From Tetramitus jugosus (Eukaryota; Protista; Heterolobosea), in contig OW569352.1 in assembly GCA_937625935.1 (NCBI GenBank), positions 496,001 to 560,000 on the forward strand: a stretch of 64,000 nucleotides of DNA, read 5' to 3'. Of the stretch, positions 52,282-64,000 are shown piece after piece. The stretch's first letter is position 1, and every line of letters starts with the position of its first letter. The notes under the pieces are model-generated. The model did no database searches, was not told the origin of the DNA, and saw only the letters and a program-made list of their open reading frames with translations. Both the position numbers and the translations under genes were made by a program.

Positions 52282-52539
52282 TCAGTGACCCATTGCAAAA
52301 CTCTGCCACTCTTCAATGATTTTGTCATGTTCGGTCTGACCGCCTGTTCCTTCATTCTTGTCTCTCCGATTGACGGTTGGCAGTTCAGAACGGTTCTTGA
52401 TTTCTTCCTCTCTGGCATTCTCTTGATCAAGTCCTTTCTGAGTCTTGAACGCACCTGCAAAGAAGTGTTTGTACAGATTGTTGTGAGCTTCTTGTAGTTG
52501 ATGCTCAGCAGATTGAATTTTGTTGCTCTTTTCGACCAT
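52282..52539 (-). CDS. Small hypothetical protein
   Basis: 85-aa ORF from MVEKSN with coding-like composition; no recognised domain. Confidence 0.35.
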   Translation of the reverse strand: MVEKSNKIQSAEHQLQEAHNNLYKHFFAGAFKTQKGLDQENAREEEIKNRSELPTVNRRDKNEGTGGQTEHDKIIEEWQSFAMGH

Positions 52540-53019
52540 GGTTTTGTCTTCTTTTGATCTGGCCAGTTTAGTCTTGGATATGGTTCGTTTAGTCACCGAT
52601 GATCAGCTCCATTGTCCCATCTCGCTCAGAACCAAAATTAGCAAGTTGATGGTCGAGATCTGGAAAAGCAAATGACCAGTTACTGTAGCCGATATCGTTC
52701 GGACTAATTTACCGCGAAAACCGCAGCCAATTCCAATCAAAATGAGGCCCCGCATGGATCTATTTCGAATGACTGGTCCAAGCGCTTCTGTACCCTCGTC
52801 AAAGTCAGAGATCCACCTCGAGGTCATCTTTTTTCGCCAGATTCATAAGCCACTCAAACACCCATCAAAAACAAAATCAATAGTTGAAGTTCTCTCTCCA
52901 CACAGTATTGCTATTTTGTTGTTGTCGGTTGGAACCAGAAAACCCACCACCCTATTCCTTCATTGAACCCATATCGCCTCAAAAGCTATCATCATTGCCA
53001 TTAATTACACACACAAAAA

Positions 53020-53403
53020 ATGGACATCCAATCCACTACAACGACAACCATTAGAGCTCTACAGCAAAAGAACAACAAGCACAATAACAACATTAATAAC
53101 AACCACCATCACAATTTGGACACTCATTATAATGAAAACCACACTACCAATAAGAAGTGCATTCTGTTGCCATCATCATCATCATCAACACTTCAATTGC
53201 GATTGCCCGGAGAGTCTCATTCCTCAGCATTCTTGAAAAAGAATGATTGTATTATTCGTAATCATGATGATGATAATAATAATAATGATGATGAAGAAGA
53301 CTATTCTTCCAAATCCTCCTCTCAGTGCAGCAAGCTCCTGACAAAGTCCATCTTTTTATTGTCTGATGACCCTAGAGACTGCCCATTTAGTGACTCTTAT
53401 TAG
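53020..53403 (+). CDS. Small low-complexity hypothetical protein
   Basis: ATG in AAAAAATGG context; N/H/D/S tracts. Confidence 0.3.
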   Translation: MDIQSTTTTTIRALQQKNNKHNNNINNNHHHNLDTHYNENHTTNKKCILLPSSSSSTLQLRLPGESHSSAFLKKNDCIIRNHDDDNNNNDDEEDYSSKSSSQCSKLLTKSIFLLSDDPRDCPFSDSY

Positions 53404-54093
53404 TAAGTGGATGGAGCTGTGAATGTAATAGTAGTTGGTTAGTTAGTAGTAGTCATTAGTTAGCTAGCTAGATAGGTAGTTAGGATAGTTGTGTAGTGTA
53501 AGTGTAGTAGTTCCAATCACATTTTCTGAGAAGAGAATCTCTGCTCTCTCTCTATGTGTGTGTGTTTGATTGTTGAAGAGGTCATTAAGTCTCAAACTAC
53601 CACCACCACTAATCTGGTGTATTGGTTCAAAAAAACAAGAGTCCCGTTTGATTTTTTGAGAAGCAAAAACAAACTACGGTTCAAATGTGTGGGCGCCTGT
53701 GCAATGTGTGCTGTGAGAATCGATGGCACAATGTAAGAGCACGCGCACTCCACCAAAAGAACTCGTTTTTGCCTTTCTCTTTAGGTCACCACTTGTTCAC
53801 GAGGGTTTTTCACTTGTTGCTGTGAGAACTTTGTTGAGGTTACAACAAAGAAGAAGAGCTCTGCCCTCCAAAATGGCAGAGCAAAAAGAGAGTTCATAAA
53901 ATAAACATGTACTTGTATCGAGACACTATGTCTTCGTTGAAAGAAATACCCGGTTTTGAAACTCCGTAGACACAATTTCATTTTCATGTTCTGGTCAACC
54001 AGAGTATCCAATTACCCGGGGTAAGGTTGACCATGATTCAATTTTTTGACATCTAAAAATATGTGTTGGACGAACAACCATCCGATAAGTAAG

Positions 54094-54100
54094 TATAAAT
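54094..54100 (+). promoter_or_regulatory. Putative TATA box of the LEA-like gene
   Basis: TATAAAT about 90 nt upstream of the ATG at 54185. Confidence 0.4.
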
Positions 54101-54184
54101 ATTGAGCGTCATTGATCTGTGAGATGAACACTTAACCAAAACGATTAATCTGTACATACACTAACAAGTCACATCACACAAAAA

Positions 54185-55834
54185 ATGGTTGAAGCAAGTA
54201 AATTCCACAATAGAAAGACTGACTTTGGTTTTGAAGCCAGAGATTACGATTCTGAATACAAGCAAGAATGGCGTGAACACGTTGGTATTCCACTCGAAAG
54301 GCAACAACAATCAATTTCCACTCCAAAAGAAAAGGAATTCTCAGAGCCAAGATCATACGAAGTGCCAATTGAAAAGAAGACAGAACACAAGACAGAGAGA
54401 AGTGTTCCATCCTATAGATATGAGAAAGAAAATGTAAAGGAAGCATATGATCAATCAAAGGAAGCAATCGTTGACAGCTATGACAAAGCAAAGGATGATC
54501 TCTGGAAGAAAAAGGAGGAATGGAAGGATAAAGCCGAGCAAACAAAAGATCGAGCCAAGGAATTCACGAGTGATGCCTGGAGAGAAACTGAGAAGGGTAT
54601 TGATAACTTCAAGAAGAGTGCTAAAGAAACAAAGGATGAATGGGCAAGCAAAGCCAGGGAAACTGCTGATGACACAAGACAAAAGTTCAAGGAAGCAGGT
54701 TACAAGGCTCAAGATGCATCCAAGGATCTCAAGGAATCATATCAACAAGGAAAAGAGAAGGCAGTGGAATTGTCTGGCAAGGCAAAACGCGACGCAGAGC
54801 TCTATGCCGAGAAAGCAAAGGACAAATCCGAGGAGTATTGGGAAAAGACAAAGGATACTGCCAAAGATGCCAAGAAGTACGCCAGAGACACTGTTGATTC
54901 CGCAAAGGAATCTGTAGAGGACTTGAAGGAGAAGGGCAAAGAGAAGGCCAATGAGTGGTCCAAGGAGACCAAGGACGCTTATGAAGGTACCAAGGAAACC
55001 GCAGAAGACACATGGTCCAACCTTAAGGAAACTGTGTCCGATTGGACAGAGAAGGCCGGAGAAACCTATGACCAAGTAAAGGAAACCACAAAGGAATACG
55101 CCGAGAAGGCAGGAGAAGCATATGATAAAGCAAAGGAAACAACTGCCGATGTAATTGAGGATTTGCAGGCAAGAAAGGAAGTGTTGAAGGACAAGGCTGA
55201 AGATTTGCGCGATGAATTGTGGGCAAGAAAGGAAGTGCTCAAGGACAAGGCAGAGTATGCAAAGGAGAAGGCATCCGACATTGCAGAAACAGTCAAGGAT
55301 TACACGGAGACTGCTCAGGAGAAGATATCTGATGTTTTCGGAACAGCAAAGGATGAAGCTGAAGACATCAAGGAGAAATCTGAAGAATACTATGAGAAGG
55401 CAAAGGATAAGGCGGGTGAAAAGTATGACCAGGCAAAGAAAGAAGCAGGAAAGTTTAAGGAGGAGGCCAAGGATACGTTCGAGAATTACTCTGACAAGGT
55501 GTACGAAGGAAAGAATGAACTATCTGATCGATGGGACGAATTTTCAGGCAAGTTCAAGGAGAAGTCTGAAGATGTCAAGGAGAAGGTCGAATCCGATTAT
55601 GAGAAAACAAAGGATACAGCTGATGAATGGGTAGAATCTGCAAGAGACTCCTTATCTGATGCCTATGACAGTGTTACCAGCACCAGCAAAACATTTGGTA
55701 TCCAGAAGGTCTATCAGACTGTGGATGACTATGATGATGTCTTGTACACTTTTGGAGAATTGGAACCACCAGTGCACGACAAGTCCTATTCAAGTGTGAA
55801 TGATAGTATGAAATCATCTTGGAGGTGGTGGTAA
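54185..55834 (+). CDS. Late-embryogenesis-abundant (group 3 LEA)-like hydrophilic repeat protein
   Basis: K/E/A/D-rich with 11-mer-like repeats (EKAGETYDQVKETT, EKAGEAYDKAKETT, YEKAKDKAGEKYDQAK); no Cys. Confidence 0.7.
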   Translation: MVEASKFHNRKTDFGFEARDYDSEYKQEWREHVGIPLERQQQSISTPKEKEFSEPRSYEVPIEKKTEHKTERSVPSYRYEKENVKEAYDQSKEAIVDSYDKAKDDLWKKKEEWKDKAEQTKDRAKEFTSDAWRETEKGIDNFKKSAKETKDEWASKARETADDTRQKFKEAGYKAQDASKDLKESYQQGKEKAVELSGKAKRDAELYAEKAKDKSEEYWEKTKDTAKDAKKYARDTVDSAKESVEDLKEKGKEKANEWSKETKDAYEGTKETAEDTWSNLKETVSDWTEKAGETYDQVKETTKEYAEKAGEAYDKAKETTADVIEDLQARKEVLKDKAEDLRDELWARKEVLKDKAEYAKEKASDIAETVKDYTETAQEKISDVFGTAKDEAEDIKEKSEEYYEKAKDKAGEKYDQAKKEAGKFKEEAKDTFENYSDKVYEGKNELSDRWDEFSGKFKEKSEDVKEKVESDYEKTKDTADEWVESARDSLSDAYDSVTSTSKTFGIQKVYQTVDDYDDVLYTFGELEPPVHDKSYSSVNDSMKSSWRWW

Positions 55835-55850
55835 ATAGATTATCATAAAG

Positions 55851-57311
55851 TTACTGTGTATTGTATTTAGACTTTCTTGCATCCATAACATTGAATTGTT
55901 CCGGAGACAGTATCTTTCCTGTCTCTCTGCATCGGAATAAAATTCTTCTTACTTCCATTGATTTGCACTTATCAGCTAACTCTTTGTCCTTTCTTTGTTC
56001 ATTTTTCATGCTCTCTGACTTCTTGGCTTCCGCGGCTTGTATTTGTTCATTCATCTCCCTGTTTCGTTCCATTCGGTTCTCAGCTCTCTTTCTTAACAAG
56101 ATCTGTCTCGCCAATTCATTCTTTTGCTCCTGTCGTTCTCGATGATTCAATTCTGTCTTTCTTTCTTGTTGATTTTCTCGTTTCTTCTGAGCTTCCTTCA
56201 TCGCTTGTTCCCACTCTGAATGCAACTGTTGATGAAAGGCTTCTCGCTCGCGGTTCGCTAGTTGTTTCTGTTGGTTGATCCAAATCTGATTTGTTTCTAG
56301 ACTCTTCCTTTCCTCTTCCATATATTTTGTTCTTTTGGCAACTGTCAATTCCCTTTTCAACTGAATCTGTCGGTCCAGTTCTTGTGCATTGATCTTGTGC
56401 ATTGCAGACCATAATTCAATCGAAGGTACAGGAGAGGTAAATAATGGTCCAATGGAAGTATTATTGGATTGTTTACTCTCCCATTCCTTTTGTTCTTTGA
56501 GTTGTTGTGTTTTCTTCTTCTGATGACTCTCCATATGACTTCTTATTATTGCTTGATTTTGCCTCTTGGTTTCTCTTTTCCTTTCCTCTTCTTGTTGGAT
56601 TTGTGAATCGATAGTCTTGAATAGGTCACGTAAGTGCTCCTTATTTTGCCTCTCTTCTCTCTTATTGTGCTCTAGCAACTCTGTTCGTCCCCTTATTTCT
56701 GCCTTCAACTTCTCTCGAACATCCTTTCTCCTCCTCGTCAATTCCTCTTGCTGCTGTTGTATTTTTTGACGATTCTTCTCATCTTGTTCTGAATAAAACT
56801 TCTTTATCTCCATCAATTCTTTTGCTTCTTCTTCTGCCTTCAGTTTTTGAGCTTTCACATTCTCTGCGTAGTTACACACTAGATCAACATCATGAATTTC
56901 ATAAACAACCTTTCCAAGGTTAGGATCCATCTTTTCAATTTCCTGGACATGATGTTGTTTGGTTGGTACATCTCCATTTTGCTTGTCGTTGTTATTGTCC
57001 TTCAGAGATTTGTTTGTCCTCTCAACACCTCTCAGATTGTTGGTATCTGACTGGACAGCTCCATTGGACCTTTCAGGCGAAGAGTTATCCTGGCAATGAT
57101 ATCTTTTTCGAATTCTACTTGTGGTAGGTAGGTTAGATATCGAATTGCGCCTCTCTTTTGTCCGTGGTACTTGGGCTCCAGTGAGTGATGATTTGAGAGC
57201 AATTTCGTGCGTATTAGTCTGATTTGATCGATTGGGAGACATAGGAGGATCAGGTATTGACACCTTGAAGTATCCCAGGAGATCAAACTCATCGGTTCGA
57301 GCTGAAACCAT
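55851..57311 (-). CDS. Hypothetical coiled-coil protein (trichoplein/CFAP-like composition)
   Basis: Long E/K/Q/R coiled coil with ELDRQIQLK-like motif; start uncertain. Confidence 0.6.
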   Translation of the reverse strand: MVSARTDEFDLLGYFKVSIPDPPMSPNRSNQTNTHEIALKSSLTGAQVPRTKERRNSISNLPTTSRIRKRYHCQDNSSPERSNGAVQSDTNNLRGVERTNKSLKDNNNDKQNGDVPTKQHHVQEIEKMDPNLGKVVYEIHDVDLVCNYAENVKAQKLKAEEEAKELMEIKKFYSEQDEKNRQKIQQQQEELTRRRKDVREKLKAEIRGRTELLEHNKREERQNKEHLRDLFKTIDSQIQQEEERKRETKRQNQAIIRSHMESHQKKKTQQLKEQKEWESKQSNNTSIGPLFTSPVPSIELWSAMHKINAQELDRQIQLKRELTVAKRTKYMEEERKSLETNQIWINQQKQLANREREAFHQQLHSEWEQAMKEAQKKRENQQERKTELNHRERQEQKNELARQILLRKRAENRMERNREMNEQIQAAEAKKSESMKNEQRKDKELADKCKSMEVRRILFRCRETGKILSPEQFNVMDARKSKYNTQ

Positions 57312-57568
57312 TCTGGTACCAGTTGTTTTACAGTTTTTTCTTTTCCCAGAGAAAACGATCGCAGAACCCGCGTTAGTCCACAAGGGATCAGGCGAATACT
57401 ATAGGCATGTTGTTCCTGATACGAACTACATTGATCGAGAGGAATTGAGACCATGGTGTCTATCACCTTTCTCAGAAGTTCGTTTATTGATTAGCAACTG
57501 ATCAAGTTCATCAATCATTATTCGTGCTAGCTACGTCAGTTCTTTACTTTGAACATCCTCCTTGGTTA

Positions 57569-59407
57569 TCAGCCGGGACTAACTGCACTCCTCATTATCT
57601 TGTGCTTGTTGGAATGGGAGGAATGAGTACCAGTGTTGTCGAGCCACAATGGATCTGCTGTTCTCTTTTGTTTGTTGAACCAGATGTTGGCACTAATATG
57701 ATGCACAATAACTGTCATAAAAATGAATTGCCATATGAACAATAGGAACTTGAGAATGGATACAAGATTCAAGGAGTGCCAAATAATATCAATTGTCAAA
57801 CTTCCTGGTATGAACAATAAGCCCATGTATCGACCAGAGGACACTCGAGATAGAACAATCAAGATCAATATGATGGGAAGAACCAAAACCAAGCCATAGA
57901 CAAAATTCTCAACGAGTGTCCGCAGAATTAGCCCACACATCGAGTAATTGAATTGAACAATATTGAACTGCAAACCGAACATTGCACATACAATGTGTAT
58001 CACTGTCAGCACCAATATTACTCCAATATCTTCTTTGCTCAGAATGGGTTTGAACGAGGGTTTGACTAACTGGATCTTATCCGTGCGAATTGATGTTGAG
58101 TCATTGAAGACGCCTTCCACCTCGATTTCATCACCCGTCGTTGCAAATGAAGTATGAGCTTCTTTCCCTGTACTGATCAGCAGAGATGAATTTTTGGGCA
58201 TGAACGGTATATCGATAATCATCCTGTGGTGATAATGAATACGGTACAATACACCTTTCATCTTAAATCGCTTACCAAACATTTCTTGGATAAATTCTTC
58301 TCTTGGTAAATAGTCAGAGAAACTGGTCATTCGCTGTCCTGAGTTGTTCATCATTGTTGTCATGTGTGGATAGATTCGGAGCAGGTGATCCACTGATTTC
58401 TGACTCATGGACGTAAAATCAACATCAATCTTGTTATGACTCTTGTCCCATGGTTCTTCATCACCACTTCTCAACTGATTCACAGCACCTGAATTAGTAT
58501 AGACAATTGTTGATTTCTCATTGAGCGTGTTATGACTCGATCCAATAATCGTCTTTTTGAACAAGTGAATATTGATTCTATGACAGTCCTTTCCCAGCGA
58601 TTCTATACTGACCAACAAGCCCTGAATCCTGCACGTTTCCTCCAGATTGATCCTTGCTCTATACACTTTCGATCCTCTGCGATAAACGTGCCATAGTTTG
58701 AAATGAAGACTGACATTATCATACAGAACTGGTGGTTGATCCTCCTCACACACCCAATCGATATACCATGGATACTTCAACTCGAACAACTGTTCATTGC
58801 GAAGATGAGCACTCAAACTAGTCCCTCGAAACAACAAACGCTCCAGATCATGTTTCTGTCGAAACGAGTCGAAACATGTGCGATAATGACGATCAAACGG
58901 ATCACAACTAGTGGCCCAATAAAACAGAGACAAGTAGCTCTGTTTTTGCAACAAGCGACATACGAATTTCCAGTAAAATAATTTTCTCCGATCAGTCAAC
59001 CCGCTGATCGATATACAATCAGCTGTTGAAGATGATGTCGGGCCAAAATCTCTCTCACGCCCCAGGTTCAGAGTGTACCGATCATCAACAGCTCGGTCCA
59101 TGCAAAACTCGATGAGTGACATGTCATATCGATGAATTCCAATGACACAAACCATGAACCACTCTGGCACACCATTTTGGTTGATAATTGAGTCGCTCCG
59201 TTGTTCGCTTGTGCATGGAGAGAGCGATGTGTTGTGTTCTGATTCGTCGGATGGCACGTCAAGAGCAACCGCCGCACATTGATCCTCCAACGCTTGACTC
59301 AGAATGGGATGAATACTCGAAATCTGGTGCAGAACGGCGCTCAGATCAGCGCAATAGTGAAAAATATGGTACAGTAGTTCGTTCGGAAGAGTATGGAGAT
59401 TATTCAT
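57569..59407 (-). CDS. F-box-like protein with C-terminal multi-TM region
   Basis: N-terminal LHTLPNELLYHIFHYC; about 4 hydrophobic segments near the C-terminus. Confidence 0.6.
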   Translation of the reverse strand: MNNLHTLPNELLYHIFHYCADLSAVLHQISSIHPILSQALEDQCAAVALDVPSDESEHNTSLSPCTSEQRSDSIINQNGVPEWFMVCVIGIHRYDMSLIEFCMDRAVDDRYTLNLGRERDFGPTSSSTADCISISGLTDRRKLFYWKFVCRLLQKQSYLSLFYWATSCDPFDRHYRTCFDSFRQKHDLERLLFRGTSLSAHLRNEQLFELKYPWYIDWVCEEDQPPVLYDNVSLHFKLWHVYRRGSKVYRARINLEETCRIQGLLVSIESLGKDCHRINIHLFKKTIIGSSHNTLNEKSTIVYTNSGAVNQLRSGDEEPWDKSHNKIDVDFTSMSQKSVDHLLRIYPHMTTMMNNSGQRMTSFSDYLPREEFIQEMFGKRFKMKGVLYRIHYHHRMIIDIPFMPKNSSLLISTGKEAHTSFATTGDEIEVEGVFNDSTSIRTDKIQLVKPSFKPILSKEDIGVILVLTVIHIVCAMFGLQFNIVQFNYSMCGLILRTLVENFVYGLVLVLPIILILIVLSRVSSGRYMGLLFIPGSLTIDIIWHSLNLVSILKFLLFIWQFIFMTVIVHHISANIWFNKQKRTADPLWLDNTGTHSSHSNKHKIMRSAVSPG

Positions 59408-59515
59408 TATTGTAGTCTCAATTTCGATTCATTTGATTTTCTTGGGTAGTTGTTCTGTTGGCTCGTGATGTTTGGCACCAACTGGAATGAGATAAAAATA
59501 GTTTACTATGAAATA

Positions 59516-60715
59516 TTATTCGTGTTTCTTGTCTGCAGCGACTGTAGATGTGGTCTCCTTTGCCTGCACAGCATATCTAAAGTATTGAGAGTCCTTCTCA
59601 ACATTCATAGCTTCAGTCGTATAACGCTTGACATTCTGAACAAATGCAGAAATGACACCTTCATCTGCTCTGTCTCTGACCAAATGAGGAAACTTTGCAC
59701 GGAAGTGCTTTGTGGCTTCTTCCAAGTGATAGTGAGGAACAGATGGGAACAAGTGATGAATCTGATGAGTACCAATGTTGTGCACCAAATCATGGAACCA
59801 TCCATAGTGACGATCAATCGACTGCAAATTACCAATTGTATAATTCCAGTACTGTTCACCATACCAACTGGATCCTTCATCTTGATGATGCAAAAAGGTT
59901 GTGACAACGAGCCATGAACCAAACACAAACACTGGAATCAAATAATAGACCAAAAAGCTCACCAAACTATCACTGAAATACAGTGTCAATGGAAGCCAAA
60001 TGGACAATGAGATCATACTAGTCAACACCTTATCCTTATCATTCTCAAACATTGGTTCATTGACATTGAAATGACTGACACCTCTTGGTGGATAACCCTT
60101 GACCAAATAATACCACCATCCAACACCCAACAAGAATCCTGCTTCGGACGGAGTAGGCAACAATCTCTTCTCAGCTGGTGACTCCTCTGGAAAATCACCT
60201 TCTCTGAACGGAAAGAAAATTTCATCCTTGTCCATGTGACCCGTGTGATTATGATGGTGCTTGTGTGAAAGCTTCCATGGATAGAACGGAACGAGAATAA
60301 TCGTGTGTAAAAATTCGCCCATGAACCGATTGAATTGAATATGGCGCGAAAAACTGCCGTGACCACAGTCGTGACCCAACACGAACACTGCCCAAAACAT
60401 GGTGCCCTGTAAGAACCAGTACACTGTCAACAGTGCCAAAAACACTGTTGGATGGAGCAAATGTCTTGCATAGACATCGATGCATTTCATCAACGTGTAC
60501 AGTGTGATGACAATGAGCAAATCTTTGAAGACATAGTAGACGGATGTGGAGACATTGGATTGGAAGAGATGCTTTGGGATGGATGACTTGATTTCTTGCA
60601 ATGAGGGAATGGCATCGAGCTGTTGCTTGAGCCCTTGTGCGTCATATTGACTCTTGGAGCGAATCGTCTCACTTGCTTGTGTTGTTGTTGATGCTGTTGT
60701 TGTTGTTGTGGACAT
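59516..60715 (-). CDS. Omega-3 / delta-12/15 fatty acid desaturase
   Basis: His boxes HDCGH, HKHHH, HQIHH; IKSSIPKHLF; TTFLHH; HHLFP.VPHYHL. Confidence 0.93.
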   Translation of the reverse strand: MSTTTTTASTTTQASETIRSKSQYDAQGLKQQLDAIPSLQEIKSSIPKHLFQSNVSTSVYYVFKDLLIVITLYTLMKCIDVYARHLLHPTVFLALLTVYWFLQGTMFWAVFVLGHDCGHGSFSRHIQFNRFMGEFLHTIILVPFYPWKLSHKHHHNHTGHMDKDEIFFPFREGDFPEESPAEKRLLPTPSEAGFLLGVGWWYYLVKGYPPRGVSHFNVNEPMFENDKDKVLTSMISLSIWLPLTLYFSDSLVSFLVYYLIPVFVFGSWLVVTTFLHHQDEGSSWYGEQYWNYTIGNLQSIDRHYGWFHDLVHNIGTHQIHHLFPSVPHYHLEEATKHFRAKFPHLVRDRADEGVISAFVQNVKRYTTEAMNVEKDSQYFRYAVQAKETTSTVAADKKHE

Positions 60716-61278
60716 GTGAGTGTTGTGAGTTAGTTTTCAAGTGTGTGAGATGTGCAAGAATATTCTCTCGTCTGTTTATCCATCCGGGATATGAGACCAA
60801 AAAGCTAAATGTGCCGAAGCACAGAAATCTTCCACACACCTCCATGCAAGACACACGCAGAATTTCGCCTAGCCTTCCAGTCATTTTCTGTGTCAAATCT
60901 CCTGAAATTATGTAGACAATATTTCCGTAGTTTATCAAGTTCTGACACACACAGATGACTATAACTCTTCCAGTCAATACTCTTCCTCACATGTAGATAC
61001 AAGGGTTGCTTTTCGTATCGTCCTAAACAAGTTTTTCGCTCCTTTCGGCCATGTTCTGTGGAACGAACTTTGCACAACAAACATGCGACATTTGATGACT
61101 CTGACTACACAAACAGCTCATCAAAAAAAGTTTCAAACAAAAGAGCGCGAACAACATTTCTCTCTTGAAGAAAATCAACATCATCAACAATCCAACAACA
61201 ACAACAACAACCATCAAACAAAAACTGTTGATATCCAACTAAACTCACTCATCATACTACTCTTATAAAACGACGACG

Positions 61279-64000
61279 ATGATTAAGGGAATTTTTCGAT
61301 TTTTGAAAAAGGGTTTCCTGTCATCCATCACTGGTGGTATCTACTATGACAAGAGTCATTCCATGTTGTTGAGAACCGTTCATTTTTATCTATGGCTATT
61401 TCTCTTCATCTTCCCAGTTATTCTCACATTTGTATGTCAAAGCTTTTTCATCTCTTTTATGATTGATGATGATGATGATGATGATGATGTGAAATTGTAA
61501 AAAGTAGGACATGACTAACACAAATGTACACATGTATTCAAATAGACTGTTGGAAAACGGAATTTAGCAGTTCAAATCTGTTATCCCTTGGTCATTCTCA
61601 TTCTCTTCTCCATCATCAAACTTCCCAACTATTACTTTCACTATTTTTTCGATGTGAACGAAAGAGGTGTTGTGAAAAAGTCGTCAAACAAGAAGAGTAA
61701 CAACAACAAGAAGAATCAAAAAACTACGACTAATAACAATGAGAATACGAATACTAATAATCAAGTGAGTACGGTCGGAGTGTCATCCTCTGGTCATCAA
61801 CGATTGTTTTCTCCGTTGAGTGATACGAACACGAATCAGTCTCAACAATTGAATAATGATCAATCTGCTGCCAACACTCCAATGGATCATGAATCACCAT
61901 TGTCACCTGTTTCACCTGTAGCGAATATGAAGCAGAGTGATCAAGCAACATCACCAGATGACAATATCATTGAAGTGAGTGATGACATGTTTGGAGAACG
62001 ATTTTCCAGTATTGTTGTTGCGCAGAATCAATCACAAACCATTCCACAGTTTGATGGAGTGGATGAAGACGGAGAGAATGGTGAAAATGATGCAAATGAT
62101 ACGAGGGTCAATGAACACAAATCAACGTCATCGTCATCATCGAGTGATACTCATTCGAAGCATGATAATGACGATGAAAATGCGGCCGAGGTGCAAACGA
62201 ACTCGAACGCGAATCTAAAGGAGCAAAACGGCGATAGTGTAGTCATTGGTGGATTGGTGAGAGATTATGATTTGGTGCAGAATACACCAGTGGTTGACAC
62301 GACGCAGGAGGACTTGAATGAGGCGCAAGATAATAATATTAATAATGAAAATGACGAAAATGGTGATTACATTTTTAATGATGATGGCGATGATGAAGAT
62401 GAGGATGAGGATGACGGTGATATCGATCGCATTCGTACCTATCAACTTGAATTGGAAGATGTGGATGGATCGAGACATCCCTTCCTCTTACAACTCTCAA
62501 GGAGAGAGTTTCAGAGGGATTATCTAGCACAGTATCCTACTGCAATAGAAGTCAAAGGAATGGATGAGAATGAAGCAACACCACCAGAACCAGTCGCAAA
62601 TCATCCCGTGTTGAACGATGATGAGTCATCTGAACGAACAGCCGAAATGCCAGCAACTCCCGTTATCACTCGAAATCGAAGCGTACGAGCAATGGGAACT
62701 ATATCTGCTACGACCGGTTCAACTACAAATGAATCACTACCAAGTTTGGACAATCATTACAAAATGGTCATTTTTAACAAAGTTGTTAACGTGCCATTCG
62801 ATAGGCCACTATTGGAGTCACTGTTTGACCGGAATCATCACATTGCAGAGGCAATATGGTGCATTGTATTTGCAACATTTATTGCTTGGGTATCGTATCG
62901 GTTGATTGAACTGTACTACAACTTCTTTTCTGTTGTGTTCGTGTGGGTTGTGACTGCATCGTGTCACTTTTCATTGTTGAAGAGTCCACAGCCAGATGCG
63001 CACTCCCCTGTACACTTTACGATGTGGACTGCGTACAGTAGAGCCTTTTACCTGACGATATTCGCTGGTTTGGCATTTTTAGCAGATGCCTTGAGTCCAC
63101 TGTATGTGTCGCCTTTTGCAATTTGGGGCTACTCGTTCAACTATTTTATGGTTATGGTTACAATTCGAGATATTGTGCTCTATTTAATTATGTGCTTCCC
63201 ATTGATATTCTTCATGGGGTGGCTACCTCACTGTGGCACATTTGTCACCTATGTTCTCGAATATGCCCATGTTCATATGTATGGAGGAACAGGAACGATT
63301 AGCTTAGCTGGTGCGATACTAGTGTTCGTGTTTGATGTCGCAGCCACAGGTATTTTAATCGGTGTTGGTTATGCATCCATGAAAACAGGCCGGTTTGGAA
63401 CTGATTACGTGTCAGGAATATACGGAGCATTGGCTATCTCTCTTTCTTATTTATTAAGCCGAGCTCCAAGTAATCCTCACTATTACTATTCACCATTGTT
63501 GGATCTTATCGATTCGATTCGAAATGCTCCAGCAAGCAAAACTAGTACGAACCCAAAAGAACAAGAATCAAAGAAGAAGTCACGAGATTTTTACTACAAT
63601 GTGATGCGAGTGAACCCATTGAAGAGAACAGGTATTGATTTACTTGTTGCAGTCGCGTTATTCGCATTCTGTATCCCGTTGGAAGTGTTTGATGTTTTTA
63701 ATCGTGGTCCCAATCCGTACATTACATATGTTATATCAATTTTGATACCAATGATCGGCTTCACCGCTCATTACCTGATACCTCAGTTGTCCAAACATCA
63801 TCCATGGTTGATATTCCGCCTACCACTGATTGTGCCCAACGAACTACCTGAATGGTGGACCAAGCATAAACTACTTAAAAGATTTAAGTGGGCATGGTAT
63901 GAAGTCATATCCTATGTATTGAAGTGGATCGAAACTGGATTATACATCATTCTGGTCCTTGCGTCCATCAGTCCAGCCGCACAAATTGCTTCATCCAAGT
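61279..64000 (+). CDS. PCNX: Pecanex-like multi-pass membrane protein (5' part; runs off the window end)
   Basis: Exon1 61279..61431 (SSITGGIYYD..VHFYLWLFLF), intron 61432..61545, then an open frame from 61546 including FSLLKSPQPDAHSP..AYSRAFY and GWLP; not reported by the ORF track. Confidence 0.85.
61463..61489. repeat. (GAT)n microsatellite in the pecanex intron
   Basis: tgatgatgatgatgatgatgatgatgt. Confidence 0.6.

Noticed and set aside
54185-55834. Repetitive DNA that might be a CRISPR array or satellite
   Set aside because: The repeats are degenerate and protein-level; there is no fixed repeat-spacer structure.
1-64000. Transposons, integrated virus, rRNA
   Set aside because: No transposase, reverse transcriptase, integrase, capsid or rRNA signatures, and no long terminal repeats were seen.

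Overview
Gene-dense, AT-rich eukaryotic (protist) genomic DNA. It is not prokaryotic: at least nine genes can be rebuilt only by removing short GT-AG introns, and there are Q/N/D/E homopolymer tracts, a Pol III tRNA gene and eukaryote-specific genes (proteasome alpha1, RPS6, RPL32, PDK1, TTLL, G-alpha, pecanex). The compact layout and gene style resemble a heterolobosean (Naegleria-like) amoeba, but that is inference only. The window holds about 40 protein genes and one tRNA-Ile(AAT). The most unusual items are: (1) a head-to-head pair of shortened major-vault-protein genes with 5 instead of 9 repeats and a shortened cap helix, a candidate two-subunit 'mini-vault'; (2) a tail-anchored eukaryotic protein carrying the motif set of bacterial OspF/SpvC phosphothreonine lyases; (3) an OAS-like nucleotidyltransferase-fold protein with degenerate catalytic acids; (4) an FG-repeat + phosphopantetheine carrier + BTB/BACK + vWA fusion protein; (5) a G-alpha with Cys at the catalytic Arg position; (6) a bacterial-style caspase-family gene convergent with an NTase-motif gene. 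All family calls come from motif recognition by eye; no searches were run.
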